From NCBI RefSeq assembly GCF_009914755.1, contig NC_060927.1: 64,000 bases of DNA; one strand, given 5' to 3'. The position numbers were made by a program, and so were the translations under genes. Source of the DNA: the human T2T-CHM13v2.0 reference genome, Homo sapiens. How positions within the stretch are numbered: the first letter of the stretch is position 1; each line of letters begins with the position of its first letter. This document shows positions 1 through 11,706 of this stretch, piece by piece. Under the pieces are notes generated by a model, which was given only the letters and a program-made list of their open reading frames with translations, was not told the DNA's origin and searched no databases.

Positions 1-526
1 TGAATATATTTATTTTTATATTCAAATAGCCACTAAGTAAAGCAAGTTACCTAAGTCAAGCAACTTAGGTAATTTGTCCACTAGAAGACCTTGGTCATAT
101 ATATATGACTATTTGAAGGGCAATGAATACATGAAATGTTTTATTTGATACTTCGGGAATGTGTACAGTTTATACTGTGGTTTTCTGTTCTCTTGGCTCC
201 ACTACAGCATACCCTGGAATAACCTGTGGTCCATTTTGAGATATATGACTTTGGAGAAGACAAGCACCAAATAATAGAAATGTACACGTTTGTCTTTGGA
301 TCTTACCTCTTTTGTTTACTTTCTATTTCAAGGCTTCATGAAACTTTCAGCCTAAAGATTAATTCCCCTGATAAAAACAAAAGTTCATGCTCATAAATTA
401 CAAAAGTTAAATGATTCAATGACACCATCAAACCAATTCGAATAACATATGTGAATTTAATCTCCTGGAAATAGTATGTATGCTTTGTTGTGACTTTAAG
501 AGTCACTTGATGATGAGAATATCAGC

Positions 527-606
527 TACATGGATAGATAAAAAATAAGATAACCACTGGGTAAGTTACATGGATGGATAGAAAAATAAGATTGCCACTG
601 GGTAAG
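527..606. repeat. ~40-bp tandem duplication (2 copies)
   Basis: tacatggatagataaaaaataagataaccactgggtaag (527-565) followed by tacatggatggatagaaaaataagattgccactgggtaag (567-606). Confidence 0.9.
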
Positions 607-648
607 AAGCTTTTATTGTCAAAATTTGTCTACTGAAATCTTGTAAAT

Positions 649-818
649 CAGTGATTCCCAACTTTGGCTGATTGTCAGAATTGCCCAATACACTTTTAAA
701 AATTCAGGTTGTCAGACCCTGGCACAGAACTACTGAATTCAAATGTCTGGGATTTAGCCTGATAATTTTTATTTCAGCTACCCCAGGTTATCCTGGTGAT
801 CAACTGTTGTGAATTACC
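649..818. mobile_element. MER5-like hAT-Charlie MITE, decayed
   Basis: cagtgattcccaactttggctg...cagaactactgaattcaaatgtctggg...gctaccccaggttatcctg resembles MER5A/B. Confidence 0.55.
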
Positions 819-1851
819 TTTTGTGGCATCTTACTAAACTCAGTCCAATTATATTTCCCCAAATCTGTAGATTTGTATTAATTTATTTTGCGTTCCCAGA
901 TGTGTTACCAATTACATTTCACTGTATGATTTCCGTTTCTTCAATAGCACCACTTTTTGAGAGGAAGAAGTGTTTTAATTTTGATCTTGACTCATTTGTG
1001 GGGGAGGAAGTGTTTCTAAGTATGAATTAGAAAATATGGTTGACTCAAGATGTATTCATTTAAGAGAAAGAAATATAAATTTCTATAAAATCCTTTTAGC
1101 TTTAAGCATTAGCCAATATTAATGTCTTAATGTAATTTGCAATCACAAGGCATCATATCCTTAATCTAATAAGAATTGAAATATTTTGGAAAGAGAGTAG
1201 AAAAATAATGATAAGATAAATTAAATTATAGGTGCACCTTAATTTATAAGATAGATGGTTTCTGAGAGATTGGCTGTTTAGGTAATTTCTATTAACTAAA
1301 TTATATTTTCCCATTGAGTTGGGTTTATAATGGAAAAGGCATGATTTTGGAGTGAAATACAAAGAAGAATGTGGTTGTGAGGCAAAAAAGAAGGCAAACA
1401 TAACTTTGATGTAAAATTATTTTAAAACTCATATATTAAATTTAAATTATCAATGTTGATGAAATAATACCTAAATACATCAAAAACAGTGCAACCCAAT
1501 TCCTAAGCATTTAAGGCTCTGACCGTCATTAAAGGAAATGAATCCTGTAGGTAGAAACAGCCTAGATAATGCTCATTGTTGCTTCCTCCATTGGTGTAAT
1601 GTGGTATGTCTATATCCCCAGTAAGAATTGCCTTTAAAAAAAAATCCTAAGCTTATAACAAACTTTAATTCTTACTGATGCTGCAATTATTTTTGTTTAC
1701 TATGAGTATGCAAAACTATTGTGATTGAGGAGGTGTAGTTAGAAATGGTGTTTATAAATGCTAGATTTATTCTCTGCACCTTCAGTAACCTACAACAGTT
1801 CCTATCAGTTAACGTGCATTTAGTATTTTGATACACTTTCGTTTCTCCATG

Positions 1852-2247
1852 TTAACTTCCTTTTAGTGAGGTCTGTACAAATACTTTCAAAATCATTACA
1901 GTTGTGTGGAATCTCATTTTCTTCATTTTTCAGGCTGAATTTTAGATGGTATAAACATATAGTCAACAGACTCTAAACTTTAAATGCACTGAATTTTTTT
2001 AAAGGCTGCCAAATTGTCCCTGTCTCTTATTCTACATTCGCCACACTAATTTAATTTCCTTTTAGTGAGGTCTGTACAAATACTTTCAAAATCATTACAG
2101 TTGTGTGAAATCTCATTTTCTTCATTTTTGAGGCTGAATTTTAGAGCGTATAAACATATAGTCAACAGACTCTAAACTTTAAATGCACTGAATTTTTTTT
2201 AAAGGCTGCCAAATTGTCCCTGTCTCTTATTCTACATTCCCACACTA
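1852..2247. repeat. ~199-bp tandem duplication (2 copies, few differences)
   Basis: ttccttttagtgaggtctgtacaaatactttc...tctacattc(g)ccacacta occurs at ~1852-2048 and ~2051-2247. Confidence 0.97.
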
Positions 2248-2755
2248 CGACCTAATGGATTACTACTTCATTTGACATTCCTCTCTCACAAGCAGCTTAG
2301 GTAATTTGTCCACTAGAAGACCCTGGTAAAACTCTGATTAAGCTCACAACAACAGGCAGTGGAATTCAGTCCATCCCCAGCCAGGGCTATGCTTGAATAG
2401 AGATCTGACGGAGATACTCATAAGGTGAACTGCGTAACTGTGTGTGACTCCAAAGCGAGCTGCAGCCATGTCACGCCGATCCCAGCAGTTTTCACACTCA
2501 CTTTCTAAGATGCAAGACCCCTGAGAAAGTGTCATCGGGTTGGAAGTCCTCCTGATCAGTCTCCTGCAGCTCTATTTAAACTGTAAGAGCTGTCTCCTGA
2601 ATTAAAATGCAAGGTGTTGTATTAGAAAAGACCTGGTTTTGTGAAGGGAATGAACAATCAGGAGTAGTTGGAGACTGAGGGTGGTCAAAGGACCACCTAA
2701 ATTTCACTCTATTATCAGAGGGAAGAAAAGGAGAGCCAGGTGATGGCCATTTGCA

Positions 2756-2773
2756 AGAGAGAGAGAGAGAGAG
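2756..2773. repeat. (GA)n microsatellite
   Basis: agagagagagagagagag seen directly. Confidence 0.9.
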
Positions 2774-3902
2774 AAAGAAAGCCAGCTTACATGAACAAGC
2801 AGAGTTTCATTTAACATCTGCCCTCCTGGTTTTTAGGCTTTTGTTGAATAATGGATCTTTCTCTATTAATTATGTTTTCATTTATTGTATCATGTTTCTA
2901 TTCTTTAAAAATCATAGATTAAAATTATAACTATCTAATGAATTCTAATGAACTTAGGTTTGAAGACAGATGTTCCTTTCTGAATCATATTGTTCCTACA
3001 TCTAAAAGTTCAACTTGTAAAAAAAAAAAGTACACATTTAAGAACAAAAAAAGGAAAACATCATTTCTAGCCAGTGTTTCAGGAAAAATCTTGTCATTTC
3101 CCTCCAATGCGACTCATCATAAGAGCCCTAAGGAAATAGTGTTTAAAATCAATTAACCAAAAAGGCCAAAATCAATTTAACAAGAGTTAGCTAATGTTTT
3201 ACTAAAGCAAACTCTCTTTTCTTTAAACATGATTAATATCATTTAAGGGTTGTTATTAGCGGTGTCACTTCTAAAAAGTGTGACCAATTTGTAATGAAAG
3301 AGCCTTGTGTACACGAATGGGATTTATGGGAGGCACAGAAATTTAATGTGGTATTAGTGATTACATCTTTTCCTTGCCTTTGATATTTTAAGAGAACACT
3401 CCATTTTTACTCTGTCTCCTTGGAATGTCTCCTAAAAGGTCAGTGAAGGATCAAGAAATATTTAACCTATAACCATCCACGATTATAGCAGCTCTATGCA
3501 AATTAGATTCTAGGATGACATTTAACAATGTTGGCGTTGGGTAGCATCATAAAAAATCAATGAATTTTAGAGTTAGAAGGGGCTAAACAATATGGGCCAA
3601 TAATTTTCAAACATTTTAACAGCTTATTTCTCATACAAACCCCAATATATACAAATGCTTTAAAATGCATCTGCTATGACTGAAAAGAAGGGCTATTCAA
3701 GCTGGTCCTATTGCTGGGTTCTCCAGCATCACAGTTACCTGCCCCAGCCCCAGGCCCACAATTTGAAGAACAAACAACCGTCTCCTATCTTAACACATTA
3801 GAAATCTAAAACATAATGTGTTTAAATCACATGTCTACATTAGCACAGCATATCCCCACATTTGAAATATAACTTGATCTAAATATGGTATTAATGCCAT
3901 AA

Positions 3903-4253
<351 letters not shown>

Positions 4254-4536
4254 CTAATATGTTATTTTGTGCGACTGAGTTTCAGAGTTTTGCACTTGAA
4301 TTAGTTTTGGCAGGTCATGGTGCCACTGTAAATCAGATCCATACATAAATCTATGTCTCTCCATTAAAGAACAAAAACAAAAATGCTCCACTGTTCATTG
4401 CAAATACCACATTTTCCCTATCTTCGTATGCATTGAAGACCCCCTGCCACCAAAATCTATATATATTTATCTTTGTAAATCCAGCTTTTGGCAATAACAA
4501 TGTTAGTAGCAATAGTTACCAGTTCAGTCAGGTAAG

Positions 4537-4611
4537 CTAGGTTGAATCATACAAAATGCCAGTATTTGAACTCTTTAATCTACAAAAACAGTTTCACATG
4601 GTTTAACTTAA
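4537..4611. mobile_element. MADE2 (Tc1/mariner MITE)
   Basis: ctaggttgaatcatacaaaatgcc...tacaaaaacagtttcacatggtttaacttaa: terminal inverted repeats and ~80-bp length match MADE2. Confidence 0.8.
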
Positions 4612-4614
4612 TGC

Positions 4615-4790
4615 AATTTCTAGTCCTCTCAATAGCTCTGTAATGCAACCATTATCACCATTCTATAGGTGAGGAACCTGCAGTTCACAGAAGAGCTTTG
4701 CCCGAGGCCACACCGCCAGGAGTGTTAGGGGGATCTGGAAGTATACGTCACTAAAATCTCAAGCCTTTTCTCTTGTACCATGCTGCACTA
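4615..4790 (-). mobile_element. MIR fragment
   Basis: cattatcaccattctataggtgaggaacctgcagttcacagaag...ctttgcccgaggccacac matches the MIR core. Confidence 0.7.
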
Positions 4791-5828
4791 AAAGCTCTGA
4801 TCATTTGAATATACAATAAGAGCAATTTTGTTCAAAGCATAACTTAGTTCTATATGTACGTGAAAGTCGGAAATACACATCTCAGAATATATTTCTTGAT
4901 GAAGTAAGCTTCATATATTATAATAATATTTACTAAAGTTATGATCAGATATCAGTAGAATAGGTCATCTGAAACTTTTCTGCCACTTCTAAATGCTTCA
5001 ACAACATCAGCTGTCAATCTAACTTAATATACTACAGCTCATATGCAAAATAATCTTACCATATGTCCTTATCAACAGGAAGATCTTTATTTTGTCTAGA
5101 ATTTTGAACTGAAATAAAAGCATATTAAGCCAAAAAATAACAACAAAAGTCTACTAGAATGTAAGAATGTTGTCTTGGCATTTGTATCTAATTTTATAAA
5201 CTGCAAGGTAGAAAAATAATCAGTCTTTGGGTCTGTGACCTTTCGTCTTTTAAATTCAAAGGAAATGAGTTAAAAACAAAACAACCACAACAAAAAACCT
5301 TCTTCTGTAAAAGAAAGACAAAGTAAATAGATAAGGGAAGTAACATTGATTTGTTAAAAGATTATTTGACCCCATCAGAGATAGCTCAAATGACTAACAG
5401 GACCCAAGAAATTAAATGTATATTAAGTAGATTGGACATGGTTTTCTTCCACAATTATTCTTGAGCATTAGTTCATGAAAAGTGCACCAGAGCTGCTTAA
5501 GTTGAGATAATTTGAGAAAATTTTAGGCTTTAATTACATTTCTCCTTATCACAAGAAAAGACTTCTAGGGCTCTTATGTAAATAATTTCTTTTAAAAAGG
5601 GCAAAATTAAAAATAAGACACATCAGGTAGAAACACAAACTCATGAAAGTTTTCATAGTATTTACTATTTTTATAGTTTATTGTTAAATCAATGCTGACT
5701 TCACATAATTTTTTAAAGTAATTTTTCTATTTTTTTTTCTTGACCTGCACCCTAATTTGTAATGAAAAATACTTTGGGCATAAGGTTGCATCATCTAATA
5801 TTTTGTTTTTGCTTTTTATTTATGTTAA

Positions 5829-5959
5829 CCCATTTATGCCTGAGGTGGTAATTTTTTGAATTTTTGCAATCAGACCTTGGCAATGACCTTGAACAGTAGG
5901 ATGTAAATAACTCCCACATGCTTGGCGTTCCAATAATGGAACACTAGGCATAAATTGGG
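5829..5959 (-). mobile_element. MER85 piggyBac MITE (PGBD3 family)
   Basis: TTAA at 5825-5828; TIRs cccatttatgcct...aggcataaattggg; ~130 bp; internal palindrome GTTCCAATAATGGAAC at 5927-5942. Reverse complement matches the MER85 consensus closely. Confidence 0.93.
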
Positions 5960-6011
5960 TAATAGAATGTGGAAAGCCTATCCCAAATCTCGTGATATCG
6001 CCTGCATATAA

Positions 6012-6360
<349 letters not shown>

Positions 6361-6405
6361 AACAATATTCTAAATATATCCTATTTCTAACATGTACACA
6401 CTCAA

Positions 6406-6844
6406 TATGTTTAAAAGAGGTATTTTAAAAGAATTCTATATTGATAATGAGGTACTTAGGTTTCTTTTCTTACTTTTCACTACAAGGCTATATCCTCTTA
6501 ACACAGTATTTGAATTCCTTGAACTCTAAAAGTACTAAAATATGTGATGTACAACAGGTTATTAAAATATTTTACATCACTACATATTTTTATCCAGTCA
6601 TAATATGTCTCAACTATTGTTATAAGGTTTTGGAACCTGTTTGACCTTTTATGATTTTGTTTTATTTGGTTTACTTTCTAGTACTTTCATGAAAGAAAAA
6701 ATGGTTTGCAAAAATGTTCATTCCCAAGCCAGTCACAAAAAAGACAAATATTGTGTAATTCCACTACCTGAGATTCCTAGAGTAGTAAAATTTATAGAGA
6801 CCGAAACCAGAATGGTGGTTGACAGAGGCTAAGGAGAGGGAAGA
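6406..6844 (+). repeat. Arm A of inverted duplication (partner 10928-11706); its last ~120 bp is L1M 3' sequence
   Basis: Reverse complement of 10928-11013 plus 11367-11706 aligns throughout (~85-90% by eye). The ORF track shows EIPRVVKFIETETRMVV in both arms on opposite strands. Confidence 0.95.
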
Positions 6845-6862
6845 TACAAATCCAAATTACTA

Positions 6863-7072
6863 GGAGTAAGGGTAATCTGGCCGCATTGCCTGTCAACTGA
6901 TTATCAGAGTTGATTTCACTGCTCTGAATTACCATGAAAAAACAGCCCTCCCTGTCCCTGATCCAAGTACATCCCCGCTCAAGTTGGTGTGGGGCAACAA
7001 GAGCATCCTTCCAAATTAGAGCATCTTTCTTCTATGAAGGATTTAGCATGGGTTTCGGGAACCTCAAAGAGG
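6863..7072 (+). pseudogene. Decayed 7SK RNA retrocopy
   Basis: gga-gtaagggtaatctggccgcattgcctgtca---actgattatcagagttgatttcactgctctg aligns with the 7SK 5' end GGATGTGAGGGCGATCTGGCTGCGACATCTGTCACCCCATTGATCGCCAGGGTTGATTCGGCTGATCTG. Weaker matches continue to gaacctcaaa. Confidence 0.8.
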
Positions 7073-7093
7073 TTAAGATAAATTTCAAATAAG

Positions 7094-7458
7094 TTATCTT
7101 AGTCCACTTGGGCTGATATAACAAAATACCATAAACTGGGTATCTTATAGACAACAGAAGTGTATTTCTCACAGCTCTGGGGGCAGGAAAGTCCAAATTC
7201 AACAAACAGGCAGATTCAATGCTTGTTGAGTGCCATTTTTTGGTTCATAAATGGCACTTTCCAGCTGTGTCTTCCATAGTGGAAGGGGCAAGGCAGCTCT
7301 GTGTGGCCTCTTTTATAAGGGCATTAATCCCATCCATAAGGCTTCCACCCGCAGGACATCATCATCCCCCAAAAACCCTACTAACTGATAACATCACATT
7401 GGGAATTAGGATTTCAACATATGAATTTGGGGGAGACACAAACATGCAAACCATAGCA
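7094..7458 (-). mobile_element. MLT1A-type MaLR solo LTR
   Basis: tcttagtccacttgggctgatataacaaaataccataaactggg...ggagacacaaacatgcaaaccatagca. Confidence 0.88.
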
Positions 7459-8139
7459 CAACTGCCCAGAAATAAGTATAAGGCAGGAAGAAGAGCTCCT
7501 TGGGGCCAAATGACATAAGAAAATTCTTCATGAGCCGATGGGCCTTGAATGGAATGAAAGGGAGAATGTACACACAAGGAATATGTAGGGAATTCCATGA
7601 AAGGAAATGTCCCACTGGTGAAACCAGTGTCAGGAAAACTCAAACTACCAGATCTTGATTTTCAGGATTTTATCACTTTTAGTTTAAATAATTTTTGGTG
7701 ACCCTTTCCTCTGTAAGTATTTGTAACTAAGAAATTTGAAACCATTTGTTTCTAAAATTCTGTGAAAAACTTTTTAAAAAGAAGGCTAAAGAAACAGATT
7801 GGTTTCTACAAAATGATGGTTCAACATTGCCTCTTGAAGTTAAAACTTTGGATCCCAGATTCAGATACATTTGAATTTGAACCACAAGTCTCATTTCTTC
7901 CTGGTCGACTTGGTTATGGGGCTTAATAATTGTGGGAACCTGGTAGTGAGGTGCCAAAGGATCCTCATGAAGTTTAATTGAGACACTGTATATGATATGC
8001 TTAGCAGAGCACATACAGAGCCCAACCTTTTATTCTAGTCATTGTAATTTCTGATATATTTTTTAAAACTATTAAAAGGGGACATGGGTTTTTAAAACAG
8101 CACAGGAATTATTTAATAAATGAAAACTGAATAGATTTT

Positions 8140-8840
8140 GAGAAAATACTTTAGAAATTCACCTCACCCTATACTAAAATAGAAAATACATCTTGATTTT
8201 ACAGTTAAATGTAAAAATAAAGCCACAGACAAAGCAGTAAAAACTCAGCACTGAATAATTTATCAAATATTTGGAAGGAGAGAACTTTTTATATATAAAA
8301 GCATTGGAAAATAGAAGTCCTTATTCACAGCTGGTGAGAGTGTAAATGTTTTGTTTTTCTCAGAAACATTTTTGCAATGCATGTTAGAAAACCTTAAAAA
8401 TGTTCATGCTCTTTGAGTCAGTAAATCGGTCTATTTAAGCAAATGCTTAAATACTAATGAAGCCATAAAAAATTTGCCCAATGACTCTTAGAAAAAAATG
8501 TTCATGCCAGTATTGTTCGTATAAGGAAACAAAGAATAATGCTGGAAGTGACCTAAATGTCCAACAATAAGGGGACAGTAAATAAAATGTGGTAGATCCA
8601 CATTATCTAATATCAACAACCAAATGAAATTGCATTTACCAGTTTAATAACATTAGAAAGCTTTATTTTTCAGCATTAAGTGGAAAAAGGCAGGATACAA
8701 AATCATAGTTTCCAACTATAAAGCGCTATGCAGAGAAAATGGGAAGACATTAAAATAATGTGTTTGTTTCTTGAATAGTAAGATATAGTTTATGTACATT
8801 ATTTTCTTTGTAATTTTTAGCACTTAAATATTTTCTATAA
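8140..8840 (+). mobile_element. Ancient L1M (L1ME-like) fragments
   Basis: cacagctggtgagagtgtaaat; atgttcatgccagtattgttc...acctaaatgtccaacaataagggga...gtggaaaaaggcagg resemble the L1M ORF2 end and 3'UTR. Confidence 0.65.
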
Positions 8841-8901
8841 CAAACAGTGGGAAAAGATACTAAACAAAGATAATTTGAGAGCTCAGAAAACCACACTCTT
8901 T

Positions 8902-9203
8902 GCCAGGTGTGGTGGCTCATGCCTGAAATCCAGACAATTTGGTAGGCTAAGGTGGAAGGGTTGCTTGAGCTCAGGGGTTCAAGACCAGTCTGGGCAACAT
9001 AGTGAGACCTCATCTCTATGAAATATTTTTTAAAAAAATTATCTGGGTGTGGTGGCATACACCTGGGTCCTAGGAGGCTGAGGTGAGAGGAATACATGAG
9101 CCTGGGAGGTCGAGGTTGCAGTGAGCTATAACTGCACCATTGCACTATAGCCTGGGTGACAGAGCAAGACTGTCTCCAAAAAAAAGAAAGAAAGAAAGAA
9201 AAG
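8902..9203 (+). mobile_element. AluJ
   Basis: Dimeric Alu with J diagnostics (gcttgagctcaggggttc, gtctgggcaacatagtgagacc); A/GAAA tail. Confidence 0.9.
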
Positions 9204-9587
9204 AATACCCCAAAGTATGGTGCTGTGGCATGCTGAGTACTTTGAACTAAGGGATATTAGAATGCCTTCAGAAGCAAAGTCTCTTCCTGACCTTCTCCTA
9301 CCCTCCTGTCTCTTGCCCCTCTTTCATTTCCAAGGCAAGACATGAAAACTAGAATTCCTGTTCCAAAGTCATAGAAACTAGAATCTCTCTCCCTCAAAGT
9401 ACACAAAAAACTTAGAAATATTACGCTAACCCTCCCCTTCCTATCTGGGTAAGAGCTGGCCATAAAAAATTATCTGACCTACCTTGTCTGAAAGTAAGTT
9501 ATAAGAACCTCATTCCAGAGGAGGTCCTGACCTATACCCAACAGGAAGGATAGTTACACAGGAAGGCCAAAGTAAAATCTGAACAAA

Positions 9588-10464
<877 letters not shown>

Positions 10465-10744
10465 TCAGTTTATTCCTATTAGATCGTATGCTTTCTGTCC
10501 AGTCAGAATTCTATAAAGCCATCCATTCTTCATCAAACTTAAACATAAAAATGGACAATTTTCCCTAGGTCTTTGAGTCTTTATTTTGGAAGGGCCTCAT
10601 GTCACATAAAACTTTGATTAAACAAATTTTTATAGTTTTCCCTTGTTAACATGTCTTTTTCATAGGAGTGTTAGCGTTGACACTCATGATGGGTAAGGAA
10701 AGATATCACACCTTTCTGTTCCTAAAATGACATGAGAATTAACA

Positions 10745-11391
10745 TTTTTTTCAATTGCAGTAAAATATATGTAACATAAAATTTACCATTTTAACCATTT
10801 TTAAGTTTCCAGTTCAGTGGCATTAAGAATATTCACGTTGTTGTGCGGCCACCACCACCATCCACCTCCGGAATGTTTTTTGTCTTCTGAAACTGAAACC
10901 CTGTATCTATTAAACAATAATTCCCATTCTTCCCTCTCCTTAGCCTCTGACAACCACCATTCTAGTTTCAGTCTCTATAAATTTGACTACTCTAGGAATC
11001 TCATATATACAATGGACATGGTTTGGCTGTGTCCCCACCCAAATCTCAACTTGAAATGTGTCTCCCAGAATTCCCACATGTTGTGGGAGGGACCCAGGGG
11101 GAGGTAATTGAATCATGAGGGCCAGTCTTTCCCTCGCTATTCTCATGATAGTGAAAAGTCTCACGAGATCTGATGGGCTTATCGGGGGTTACTGCTTTTG
11201 TCTTCTTCGTTTTTCTCTTGCTGCCACCATGTAAGTAGTGCCTTTCTCCTCCCACCATGATTGTGAGGCCTCCCCAGCCATGTGAAACTGTAAGTTCAAT
11301 TAAACGTTTTTTTTCTTCCCAGTCTTGGGTATGTTTTTATCAGCAGCATGAAAACGAACTAATACAACGTTTGTCCTTTTGTGACTGGCTC
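10745..11391 (-). mobile_element. L1M (L1MA/MB-like) 3' end, interrupted by THE1
   Basis: taacataaaatttaccattttaaccatttttaag...cagttcagtggcattaag...caaccaccattcta...tttgtccttttgtgactggct. Confidence 0.85.
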
Positions 11392-11706
11392 ATGAATTAA
11401 CTTTTTGTAAACCATTTTTTTCTTTCATGAAAGTACTAGAAAGTAAACCAAATGAAATAAAATCATAAAAGTCAAGCAGGCTCCAAAAGCTTATAATAAT
11501 AGTTGAGACATATTATGATTGGACAAAAGTATGTAGTGATGTAAAATAATTTTAATAACTTTTTGTATGTCACATATTTTAGTACTTTTAGAGTTCAAGG
11601 AACTGAAACATTCTGCTAAAAGGATATAGCCTTGTAGTGAAAAGTAAGAAACCTAAGTACCTCCTTATCAACACAGAATTCTTTTAAAATGCCTCTTTCA
11701 AACATA
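10928..11706 (-). repeat. Arm B of inverted duplication (partner 6406-6844), containing the THE1 insertion
   Basis: Reverse-complement similarity to 6406-6844 on both sides of the THE1 LTR. Confidence 0.95.
11014..11366 (+). mobile_element. THE1 (THE1A-like) solo LTR
   Basis: atggtttggctgtgtccccacccaaatctcaacttgaa...tctcacgagatctgatggg...cagcagcatgaaaacgaactaataca; ~350 bp. Confidence 0.93.

Noticed and set aside
2340-2600. CpG-retaining block with a 63-aa minus-strand ORF
   Set aside because: No recognisable protein or splice architecture. It may be a conserved non-coding element, but that cannot be shown from this sequence alone.
4520-4540. CAG|GTAAG as a recursive splice site
   Set aside because: No polypyrimidine tract upstream, and it abuts a MADE2 end.
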